Origin: Acutalibacteraceae bacterium
Lineage (GTDB): Bacteria > Bacillota > Clostridia > Oscillospirales > Acutalibacteraceae
Reading direction: 5' to 3'
Assembly: GCA_045606925.1 (NCBI GenBank)
Contig: JAZUSW010000072.1
Location: 1-32,163, forward strand
Length of the DNA: 32,163 nucleotides
Shown here piece after piece: positions 19,470 to 27,112 of the stretch (positions are counted from its first letter, which is position 1; each line of letters starts with the position of its first letter). The notes beneath the pieces were generated by a model, which worked only from the letters and a program-made list of their open reading frames with translations, was not told where the DNA came from and ran no database searches. The position numbers and the translations under genes are program-made.

Positions 19470-19667
19470 TTAATTATAAGGCATCATTTTCTTTACCTTT
19501 GCAACATTTGTTACATCGGCAACGACTACCTTACGTAAGTTTCTCTTACGCTTTGTTGTTTTCTTGTTTAAAATGTGTGATTTGAAAGCATGACCGCGTT
19601 TTACCAAGCCGGTTTTTGTGAACTTGAAACGCTTTTTTGCACCACTGTGTGTCTTAATTTTAGGCAT
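19470..19667 (-). CDS. rpmI: 50S ribosomal protein L35
   Basis: 65 aa. The N-terminus is [20 protein letters not shown]. Confidence 0.98.
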   Translation of the reverse strand: MPKIKTHSGAKKRFKFTKTGLVKRGHAFKSHILNKKTTKRKRNLRKVVVADVTNVAKVKKMMPYN

Positions 19668-19691
19668 TTTAAAACCCTCCTTAAATATTTA

Positions 19692-20210
19692 TTACTTTGA
19701 CGATTTGGGCGCTAAGAACATAAGCATATTACGTCCTTCCATTTTAGCAGGTTTTTCAACACTTGCATATTCCGAACAAAACTCGGCAAATCGAGCCATA
19801 ATTTCCAAGCCGATTTCAGGATGGCCAAATTCACGGCCACGGAAACGAATGGAAACCTTTACTTTATCGCCCGACTTTAAAAACTTAATAGCGTTTTTGC
19901 CTTTTGTTTCAAAATCGTGTGTGTCGATACTGAGCCCGAGGCGAACCTCTTTAACGTCCACTATTTTTTGATTTTTTCTTGCCTCTTTTTCGCGCTTTGC
20001 CTGTTCGAAACGGTATTTACCAAAATCCATAATTTTACAAACTGGCGGCACTGCATTGGGGGCAATATTAACCAAATCAAGATCCTTTGCTGCTGCGGCT
20101 GCCAAAGCATCCTTAAGCGGCAAAACTCCTACCTGTGAACCGTCGGTATCGATTACTCGTACCTCTTTTGCTCTTATTGATTCATTAATCAATACTTCTT
20201 TACTGCTGAT
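19692..20210 (-). CDS. infC: translation initiation factor IF-3, with a non-canonical ATC start
   Basis: The ORF-track TTG at 20192 lies 25 nt from the only SD. In frame, GGAGGTG (20224..20218), 7 nt, then ATC (20210..20208) gives the N-terminus (M)SSKEVLINESIRAKEVRVIDTDG. This matches the usual IF-3 N-terminal length. Confidence 0.9.
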   Translation of the reverse strand: MSSKEVLINESIRAKEVRVIDTDGSQVGVLPLKDALAAAAAKDLDLVNIAPNAVPPVCKIMDFGKYRFEQAKREKEARKNQKIVDVKEVRLGLSIDTHDFETKGKNAIKFLKSGDKVKVSIRFRGREFGHPEIGLEIMARFAEFCSEYASVEKPAKMEGRNMLMFLAPKSSK

Positions 20211-20224
20211 ATTAAAGCACCTCC

Positions 20225-20372
20225 GACAAGTATAATAACATCAAAAAAGCACGAACAACAAAATGTCATCCGTGCATAATTCACCCATTAAACCTACGGT
20301 TTAAAAGAAAATTATTAACCCTTTAAGACAAAACTTTGGGGTGAGAACGACATTGATGTTCTACTTTATTGC
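20225..20372 (-). promoter_or_regulatory. 5' leader of infC-rpmI-rplT; candidate L20-responsive ribosomal-protein leader
   Basis: An untranslated leader of about 150 nt lies between the promoter and the infC SD. It contains a possible long-range helix, TCACCC (around 20345..20340) pairing with GGGTGA (20286..20281), a small hairpin AAACC-GTA-GGTTT, and the terminal attenuator. The family assignment is inferred from position and architecture only. Confidence 0.5.
20243..20275 (-). terminator. leader attenuator terminator upstream of infC
   Basis: The minus strand reads GCACGGATGAC-ATTTT-GTTGTTCGTGC, an 11-bp stem that includes G.U pairs. TTTTTTGA follows. It ends about 18 nt before the infC SD. 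Confidence 0.6.
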
Positions 20373-20378
20373 CTAAGT

Positions 20379-20407
20379 ATTCTATCACCAAACGATATGT
20401 TTGTCAA
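20379..20407 (-). promoter_or_regulatory. sigma-A type promoter of the infC operon
   Basis: The minus strand reads TTGACA (20407..20402), 17 nt, TAGAAT (20384..20379), preceded by TGa (an extended -10). Confidence 0.6.
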
Positions 20408-20434
20408 TAGTTTTTTGAAAAATTTAAGGTTTAA

Positions 20435-21460
20435 TTATTCTATCGCCAATTCCTTAATCGTACGGTATTGAAAATCCACATTTTCGAGCAGTTCGGGGTG
20501 TTTAAGCGCTATTGCCATACCGCGCACAACCGAGTGTGTTGGGTCGCCCGAAGTATGCACCTTAGTACCCAAATATTCCTCCAACAACTGCGGCATACCG
20601 TTTATAAGCGAACTGCCGCCCGTTAAATACATACCCTCATTCATAATATCGGCAACAAGGTCGGGGTCGGTTTTTTCTATTACCTTGCGTATAGAATTGC
20701 AAATAGACAGTGCTGTATCAATAATAACCTCATATATCTCACTTGAAGTTATCTCAAATGACTGCGGAAGACCCGTCAGTACATTTCTGCCCTTTGCAAC
20801 AACCGCCACTTCTATCGGGCGCTTAATAACTGTGCTTAACTGCTTTTTGATATTCTCGGCAGTTAACGGACCTATCTCTACATTATATTCTTTTCTTACA
20901 TACTTTTCGATAAGTTCATCAAAAGTATATCCCGCAGTTTTTGAACAATCGCACTGCGCAATACCGCCCATAGACAAGGTTGCAATATCGGTTGAGCCAG
21001 CACCCATATCAACTATAAGGTTGCCCTTTGGTTTGGTGAAATCAACACCGAAACCGATAGCAACGGCTATCGGATTCTCAATAACCGTTACATTGCGGCC
21101 GCCGCTTTCGTTAACAACCTGTTCTATTGAGTGGTGTTGGAGTTCGGTAACACCGGTTGGCAAGGAAGCCAAAATGCGAGGCCGAACAATTTTTTTGCCG
21201 AAACAACTACCGATATAGTTACTGAGCATTGCACCCGTCAAATCGTAATCGGCAATAATACCATTCTGAATTGGGCGCACACAAAGTAAACTATCGGGCG
21301 TTCTGCCCATAGTTTGTTTTGCTCTTTCACCGAAATAAATCGGCTCATAAGTATCGGCGTCCACCGTTACGACACTCGGTTTTTCAAGTACTATCTTTGA
21401 ATTTGAAAAGATAACGGTTTTTGATGAGCCAATATCTATTCCTATATCGGTTGTTTTCAT
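20435..21460 (-). CDS. MreB/Mbl-family actin-like protein (divergent paralog)
   Basis: I trimmed the ORF to the ATG at 21460 (MKTTDIGIDIGSSKT). Actin-fold phosphate-1 is DIGIDIGSSKT and phosphate-2 is IVDMGAGSTDIA. VRPIQNGIIADYDLTGAML and LTGGSSLINGM align with MreB landmarks, but the motifs differ from the canonical DLGTANT / DIGGGTT. Confidence 0.8.
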   Translation of the reverse strand: MKTTDIGIDIGSSKTVIFSNSKIVLEKPSVVTVDADTYEPIYFGERAKQTMGRTPDSLLCVRPIQNGIIADYDLTGAMLSNYIGSCFGKKIVRPRILASLPTGVTELQHHSIEQVVNESGGRNVTVIENPIAVAIGFGVDFTKPKGNLIVDMGAGSTDIATLSMGGIAQCDCSKTAGYTFDELIEKYVRKEYNVEIGPLTAENIKKQLSTVIKRPIEVAVVAKGRNVLTGLPQSFEITSSEIYEVIIDTALSICNSIRKVIEKTDPDLVADIMNEGMYLTGGSSLINGMPQLLEEYLGTKVHTSGDPTHSVVRGMAIALKHPELLENVDFQYRTIKELAIE

Positions 21461-21494
21461 TTTTATCACCAGTTACATTATAAAGTATTTTTTG

Positions 21495-22190
21495 CTATTT
21501 TTCAATACCGAGAACATTTGATACCGCAACCGAGCAATAAACCTCTTCGCCTCCCGAAAAAAGCAATTCCTTTGTGCATTCATTTAAAGTAGAACCCGTT
21601 GTTTTAACATCATCAACCAATAATATTCTTTTAAAATTGTGGTTGGTTTTAGTATAGAACATATCCTTTACGTTTCTATATCTTTCATCACGGTTTAATG
21701 TATGTTGCGGTTTATAAAAATGCCTTTTGTTTAAAAGGGATTTATACTCGGTATCCATCAGTTTGGCAAGTTGTTTTGCTATAACCTCGCTATGATTATA
21801 ACCTTTGGTTACGCGCTTAAAGTAGGTTGTAGGAACGGCGGTTATAACATCAAATTTTTGTTCCTTATAGCATTTAGTTATTTTGCAGTAAATTTCCTCG
21901 GCTAAAAACCGTGCGGTATCAAGTTTGCCGTGCAATTTAAAGCGGTAAATCATACGCATTGAGTTCTCACCTTTATAAAAAGGCGCAACACAACCGCTAA
22001 AACGGTAAACCCGCCAACGACACTCACAACTTTCCTTTATGCCGCCACATACCTTGCACGTGTTTTCAATTACTTCAATATCGCATCCGCATTTTTCACA
22101 CAAATGCTTGTCCCTATCAATAACCTTACCGCAAACTGCACACCGTTTGGGATAAAACAGCCACAGAAAATAGTCTAAAATTTTTCTCAC
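21495..22190 (-). CDS. comFC: ComF-family protein (ComFC-type phosphoribosyltransferase-fold with N-terminal zinc ribbons)
   Basis: 231 aa. The N-terminal Cys pairs are CAVCGK...CEKCG...CKVCGG..CEC. The PRTase loop is ILLVDDVKTTGSTLNE. The GTG start overlaps the recD2 stop (GTGA). Confidence 0.88.
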   Translation of the reverse strand: MRKILDYFLWLFYPKRCAVCGKVIDRDKHLCEKCGCDIEVIENTCKVCGGIKESCECRWRVYRFSGCVAPFYKGENSMRMIYRFKLHGKLDTARFLAEEIYCKITKCYKEQKFDVITAVPTTYFKRVTKGYNHSEVIAKQLAKLMDTEYKSLLNKRHFYKPQHTLNRDERYRNVKDMFYTKTNHNFKRILLVDDVKTTGSTLNECTKELLFSGGEEVYCSVAVSNVLGIEK

Positions 22191-24403
22191 AGTTGCGCCG
22201 CCTTTAAAAAGTGAATGAGTCCTGTGTACCTGAGGGTTTTGCGGTCATTTGCCGCCATTTGCTTTAATATCTCTTCGCGCCCGACAATAACCAACATTTT
22301 TTTAGCGCGGGTTACGGCAGTATACAATAAATTACGGTATCTTAACTGCATAGGCACATCAATAAGCGGAATTACAACACAATCAAACTCACTGCCCTGA
22401 CTTTTATGTACAGTTACGGCATATGCCAATTCCAACTGTCCCAAATCATCCGCCAAATACTCGGCAAGTTTATCGTCATATCTGACCTTCAGGGTGCCGC
22501 TACGCTTATCGGCGCTCTCAACAATCCCAATATCTCCGTTAAACACACCACTACCCATCTCTCCATCGGCTTTTGTCCACACAATATCGTAATTATTTTT
22601 TATTTGCATTACCTTATCGCCCTCACGGATATACACGCCCATATAACATAGTTCTCGGCGCTTGGGGCTTGGAGGATTAAGCAGTGACTGCAAACAATTG
22701 TTGAGATTTGCGCTTCCGCCATCCATTTTACGAGATGGGCACAAAACCTGTATTTGATGAGCAGCCGAAAAGCCATATGCATTAGGCAAACGCTCGGTTA
22801 CAAGCTCCAACACAGTATTTATAGCATCATTTATCCCCTGACGCTTAATCATAAAGAAATCGGAGTTTTCATCAATATTTAAATCAATATCTCCACCGCC
22901 GATAATAGCATGAGCATTAACAACTATTCGGCTTTTTTGTGCTTGGCGGAAAACCGTTTCTAACTTTACGGAATCAATAACGCCCGATAAAATTAAATCG
23001 TTTAAAACATTACCCGCACCTACGCTTGGCAACTGGTCGGAGTCGCCAACCATAACTATGCGGCAGCCGGGGCGAAGTGCACGTAACAAACTTTCAAAAA
23101 GCAAAGTGTCCACCATAGACATTTCATCTATAATAACGGCATCGCAATCGATTGGATTGCGCTCATTTTTAGCAAAAATATGTTTTCCGTTTTCTGCCCA
23201 CTCGGTTTCAAGCAAACGATGTATTGTTTTGGCTTCATAACCGGTAAGTTCGGTTATTCTTTGGGCCGCGCGGCCTGTGGGTGCGGCGAGTACTATATTC
23301 AATTCTCTATGTTCTAATATCTTAATTATAGCATTAAGCGTAGTTGTTTTACCCGTACCGGGACCACCTGTTAAAATAAGTAATCCTTTATCAACCGCCG
23401 CATGTATTGCCGCTCTTTGCCGATTGTCGAACTGTAAATTAAGTTTATTTTCAACCGTATCTATTTCCAGTTCATCCATAGGCAAAACATTTGGAATTTG
23501 CTCTTTTACGGCACAAAGTCGCGCGGCTATATATTTTTCGGCATTATAATACTCAGGCAAAAACACAAATTGTTTTTGTTCTATTAGCCCGTCTGCCAAT
23601 AAGAAACACTCTATCATTTTTTCAATAGCATACTCTATATTTTCGCTTCCTACCGACAATAACTGAGATGCAACCCCCACCAATTTATCAAGCGGTAAAC
23701 AGGTGTGCCCATTACCTAAATTCTTTTTTAGTATATAAATTATACCCGCCTTGATTCTATCGGAATTATCGTTTTCAATGCCAAAACTTGATGCCATTTC
23801 TTCGGCGCGGTCAAAAGAAAAGTCAATACCTTCCTGACATAAAACATAGGGGTTATCGTTTATAATTTTATCGGCGCTGCTACCGAATTTTTTGAAAATT
23901 TTAAGCGCCTCATCAGGCGTTACACCAAAGGGTGATAAAAGCATCATAATATCTTTAAGCCCAAATTGTTTTTGATACTCGGCACTGATATTCATCGCCT
24001 TATTATAGGATATACCCCTTATATCTGCCAAACGCTCGGGGGAATTTTCGATTATATCCAAAGTTTCTTCCCCAAAGCGCTCTACAATAAGTCGGGCCGT
24101 TGCAGGTCCAACCCCCTTTATACTTCCGCTTGAAAGATAACGAAGAATAGATGCTTTATCATTCTTTATAATACGCTCAACCATATCGGCGCGAAATTGT
24201 TCGCCGTAATTGGTATGAAATGTCATTTTTCCTGTACATTCAAGCGTATCGCCCTCACTTACAAACGGCATTATACCAACAACGGTTATATTTTCGCCAT
24301 CACTATCCAAAATAAGCACGGTGTAGCCGTTGTTTTCATTTCTATATGTAATTTTAACTACTGTACCGCACAATTTTTCCTGTGCTCCAAACTGTCCTGG
24401 CAT
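22187..24403 (-). CDS. recD2: RecD2-type SF1 DNA helicase (YrrC-like)
   Basis: 738 aa. The N-terminal OB/HhH region contains SGSIKGVGPATARLIVERFG. The Walker A motif is LTGGPGTGKTT and the Walker B motif is VIIDEMSMVD. The C-terminal motifs are AYAVTVHKSQGSEF and YTAVTRAKK. AGGAG precedes the ATG. Confidence 0.93.
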   Translation of the reverse strand: MPGQFGAQEKLCGTVVKITYRNENNGYTVLILDSDGENITVVGIMPFVSEGDTLECTGKMTFHTNYGEQFRADMVERIIKNDKASILRYLSSGSIKGVGPATARLIVERFGEETLDIIENSPERLADIRGISYNKAMNISAEYQKQFGLKDIMMLLSPFGVTPDEALKIFKKFGSSADKIINDNPYVLCQEGIDFSFDRAEEMASSFGIENDNSDRIKAGIIYILKKNLGNGHTCLPLDKLVGVASQLLSVGSENIEYAIEKMIECFLLADGLIEQKQFVFLPEYYNAEKYIAARLCAVKEQIPNVLPMDELEIDTVENKLNLQFDNRQRAAIHAAVDKGLLILTGGPGTGKTTTLNAIIKILEHRELNIVLAAPTGRAAQRITELTGYEAKTIHRLLETEWAENGKHIFAKNERNPIDCDAVIIDEMSMVDTLLFESLLRALRPGCRIVMVGDSDQLPSVGAGNVLNDLILSGVIDSVKLETVFRQAQKSRIVVNAHAIIGGGDIDLNIDENSDFFMIKRQGINDAINTVLELVTERLPNAYGFSAAHQIQVLCPSRKMDGGSANLNNCLQSLLNPPSPKRRELCYMGVYIREGDKVMQIKNNYDIVWTKADGEMGSGVFNGDIGIVESADKRSGTLKVRYDDKLAEYLADDLGQLELAYAVTVHKSQGSEFDCVVIPLIDVPMQLRYRNLLYTAVTRAKKMLVIVGREEILKQMAANDRKTLRYTGLIHFLKAAQL

Positions 24404-24455
24404 TGCAAACTCCTACTAATTTTTTTAATGGTTATGATTAGTCGAAACATCTTTG

Positions 24456-24788
24456 TTACGACAAACTACAATCATTATTAACCGAAACGGTATCGGTAAA
24501 AAATATGCCCTTACCGCAAAAACGACTGCGGCATATAATCTTCTTTTCATCACTTAAATCGCCTGTTACAGCTACGAGCGAATCGGCGTATCGTTTGCCG
24601 TGCCACCTCAACTCTTCTATAACAGACCTTAACTGCTGTTCGGCATCTTGCTCATTTAGGTAAACAATAAGCTGTATATGCGGTTTTACCTTTGGCTTCA
24701 GAATTATATAACTAATCCAGTGCATTAACTCGCCGAGTCCCACTATCGCCAAAAGCACCGTAACAATAAACAAAAAAGCTTCTATCAT
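24456..24788 (-). CDS. hypothetical single-pass membrane protein
   Basis: 110 aa. A hydrophobic N-terminal helix (IEAFLFIVTVLLAIVGLGELMHWISYIIL) is followed by a soluble part of about 75 aa (IQLIVYLNEQDAEQQLRSVIEELRWHGK...). GAGGTGG is the SD and a promoter-like element lies just upstream. I recognise no family. Confidence 0.6.
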   Translation of the reverse strand: MIEAFLFIVTVLLAIVGLGELMHWISYIILKPKVKPHIQLIVYLNEQDAEQQLRSVIEELRWHGKRYADSLVAVTGDLSDEKKIICRSRFCGKGIFFTDTVSVNNDCSLS

Positions 24789-24804
24789 AAAACCACCTCA
24801 CGCC

Positions 24805-24833
24805 ATTATATGCCGCAAAATGTTTTTTGTAAC
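24805..24833 (-). promoter_or_regulatory. candidate promoter of the membrane-protein/recD2/comFC block
   Basis: The minus strand reads GTTACA (24833..24828), 17 nt, TATAAT (24810..24805), about 17 nt upstream of the ATG at 24788. Confidence 0.45.
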
Positions 24834-24835
24834 AT

Positions 24836-24868
24836 AAAAGGGCCTCGGTGGTTTGCCGAAACCCTTTT
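24836..24868 (-). terminator. terminator after cdaR
   Basis: On the minus strand, GGGTTTCGG (24864..24856), a 7-nt loop, then CCGAGGCCC (24848..24840) form a 9-bp stem with two G.U pairs. TTTTAT follows. It starts about 6 nt after the cdaR stop. Confidence 0.5.
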
Positions 24869-24873
24869 GCAAT

Positions 24874-26145
24874 TTATTTAATGCTAATCGATGCCTCGTA
24901 TGTGCCTATTTGCCAATATGCTTTGCCCGAACCGGAAATTATTGTAATAGGCACTATATACTCACCTGCGGTTTTGCCTGTAACATCCACTTTTGCCACA
25001 ATATCTTTTGCCGATAATGAATTTATAACCGTACTGGGTCCGCAAATTTTAACATTTTTAACCGCACTTGTAAGCGTAACAGCGGCATTAGAGGTGTTAT
25101 TCTCCGCAAGTATCTCGGTAACCGTAAATACCCTTTCGGAAAATTTAGCCAAATCAAATGTAACGGTTATAGAGTTAGTATTATCAACACTTTGCACACT
25201 ACCCACAAATTCCAACGGCATAACAACACTGTTATTTTGCTTTGAAATCTTGGTTAAATCTATCGGTGGAAGCAAAACTTCGGTTATAGTATCGATGGTT
25301 TCAGGTTCGCCCATAATCTCTATATTCTCATCCGAGAGTTTCCACTTAACGCTGTTTGCAAAATTTGTCGGAGCATTTGAGAAGGTCGCTTTTACGGGTA
25401 CTGTTTTCTTTTTATAAACAACCTTGGAAACCTCAACCTCAATCGTGCTTAATGTATAGGGCGTATTATTTAACTGGTTACCTGCGGCATCAAGCAACAC
25501 AATATTTGCCGTGTAGCTTGTAGTTTTTTTAATTGTTTCTTGCTTATCAACCATCGCTATAACGCGTTTGATTTTATCGGTTTCGGTTTTTGGACCCGAA
25601 ATTTTAATGGTGTCGTCACCCGGATTGTTAAATTTAAGTCCCCTGTCAATAAGTCCTGATGCCGCAAGTTGCGAATCAAGTTTTATGCCGTCAGCCGCTA
25701 TTTCTACGGTATAGGTATTCTCGGTTACATAGTCAAATTTTGTTATAATTTCAGATGGAGAAACGCTTAAAATTGCATACTCACTGTTAAGCGCTTTTTT
25801 GGTGGCGCTAAGAGATACCGAATACTGACCCGGGGCATTTACTGCCTGTAATGACGGGGTAACCTCAATATCGTCAGCCGTTAAATTGCTGACAACATAT
25901 GCCGGTCCCTGTACACGAACATTTACAGTTCGGTCCAGCGCACCGCTTATCTCCTGTAATCCGCTTTCACCAAAAGCTGTACCTTCGGTATTGATATTTA
26001 TGGGTAACGATATTGTTTTTTCTATGGTAGGAGTTTGACTTACAACAACCGACAGCCAAACAATGAAAGCTACTAAAATAGAAAAAATTGTAACTGCTTT
26101 TTTGTTGCCCGTAAGATATTTTAATGTAAATTTATTATTATCCAT
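24874..26145 (-). CDS. cdaR: CdaR (YbbR-domain) regulator of diadenylate cyclase
   Basis: 423 aa. An N-terminal anchor (AVTIFSILVAFIVWLSVVV) is followed by repeated beta-rich YbbR-like modules. The gene lies directly downstream of cdaA, and GGAGG is the SD. Confidence 0.85.
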   Translation of the reverse strand: MDNNKFTLKYLTGNKKAVTIFSILVAFIVWLSVVVSQTPTIEKTISLPININTEGTAFGESGLQEISGALDRTVNVRVQGPAYVVSNLTADDIEVTPSLQAVNAPGQYSVSLSATKKALNSEYAILSVSPSEIITKFDYVTENTYTVEIAADGIKLDSQLAASGLIDRGLKFNNPGDDTIKISGPKTETDKIKRVIAMVDKQETIKKTTSYTANIVLLDAAGNQLNNTPYTLSTIEVEVSKVVYKKKTVPVKATFSNAPTNFANSVKWKLSDENIEIMGEPETIDTITEVLLPPIDLTKISKQNNSVVMPLEFVGSVQSVDNTNSITVTFDLAKFSERVFTVTEILAENNTSNAAVTLTSAVKNVKICGPSTVINSLSAKDIVAKVDVTGKTAGEYIVPITIISGSGKAYWQIGTYEASISIK

Positions 26146-26162
26146 AATATCCTCCCGTGCAA

Positions 26163-27038
26163 TTATTGTTTCTTTGATTTGCGACTGAAAACTCGTTCAA
26201 GCCATTCTTTATAAACCGATTTTTCATTTTCACGGTCGGTTATCAATGCTTCATTTAAGTATTCACGCAGGGAAATTTGATTAAACCGTCTTTCTATTTT
26301 ACCGTTATGTGCCACCGAGATAATACCCGTCTCTTCCGACACAACAACAACAACGGCATCCGATACCTCGCTCATACCTATTGCGGCGCGGTGCCTTGTG
26401 CCAAGGTGTGAGCTTAAATCCCTGTTTGCTGTAAGCGGCAAAATACAACCTGCCGACATTATCCTGTCCCCTCGCACAACCATACCGCCATCGTGTAAGG
26501 GGGATTTGGGATAGAAAATATTCTGAATAAGTTCATCCGATATAAGAGCATCCACCGTAGTGCCGGTATTGATAATTTCTCCAAGCGGTGTCTCACGCTC
26601 AAAAACGATAATAGCGCCTATTTTATTTTCGTGCATATTGCTGACTGCCTTACAAATAGTGCCGATGCACTTTTCCATATTTTCGCGCTCACTGTCAATC
26701 AACTGGTTTTTACCGATTTTACGCAAATTACTTCTACCCACATTTTCAAGAACTCGGCGCAGTTCCGGCTGAAATATAATTACAGCAACAACGAGCAAAG
26801 ACTCACCCACAATGGCAAGCAGCCATTTGAGCGTTGCCAGTTCAAACCACACGGCAAAAAGGTAAATTGCCAACAAGACAATCAGACCTTTAACAAGTTG
26901 CCATGCGCGTGAATCTCTTAAAAATTTTACGGTATTGTAGATAATATACGCTATAACGGCTATATCAATTATATCAAAAAAACGGATATTTGATACGGCA
27001 TATACTATCTGACTCCAAAAAGCATTTAAACCCGCCAT
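26163..27038 (-). CDS. cdaA: diadenylate cyclase CdaA
   Basis: 291 aa. Three N-terminal TM helices precede a DAC domain containing PLHDGGMVV and LGTRHRAAIGMSE. The first motif reads DGG where DGA is usual. Confidence 0.93.
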   Translation of the reverse strand: MAGLNAFWSQIVYAVSNIRFFDIIDIAVIAYIIYNTVKFLRDSRAWQLVKGLIVLLAIYLFAVWFELATLKWLLAIVGESLLVVAVIIFQPELRRVLENVGRSNLRKIGKNQLIDSERENMEKCIGTICKAVSNMHENKIGAIIVFERETPLGEIINTGTTVDALISDELIQNIFYPKSPLHDGGMVVRGDRIMSAGCILPLTANRDLSSHLGTRHRAAIGMSEVSDAVVVVVSEETGIISVAHNGKIERRFNQISLREYLNEALITDRENEKSVYKEWLERVFSRKSKKQ

Positions 27039-27068
27039 TACTCACATTCCTTTTCGCAATATATATTT

Positions 27069-27097
27069 ATAATAGCATAAATAATTTGAGGTATCAA
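27069..27097 (-). promoter_or_regulatory. candidate promoter of cdaA-cdaR
   Basis: The minus strand reads TTGATA (27097..27092), 17 nt, TATTAT (27074..27069), about 30 nt upstream of the cdaA ATG. Confidence 0.4.
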
Positions 27098-27112
27098 CCA
27101 CTATATTGAATT

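Noticed and set aside
20435-24403. SF1 helicase, PRTase-fold protein and actin/HSP70-like ATPase considered as a possible anti-phage defence cassette.
   Set aside because: Each protein carries the hallmarks of its housekeeping family: a RecD2 N-terminal HhH region and full helicase motifs, ComFC zinc ribbons, and MreB landmarks. The flanks are core genes and there are no mobile-element or island signatures. I kept the block only as a lower-interest competence-related finding.
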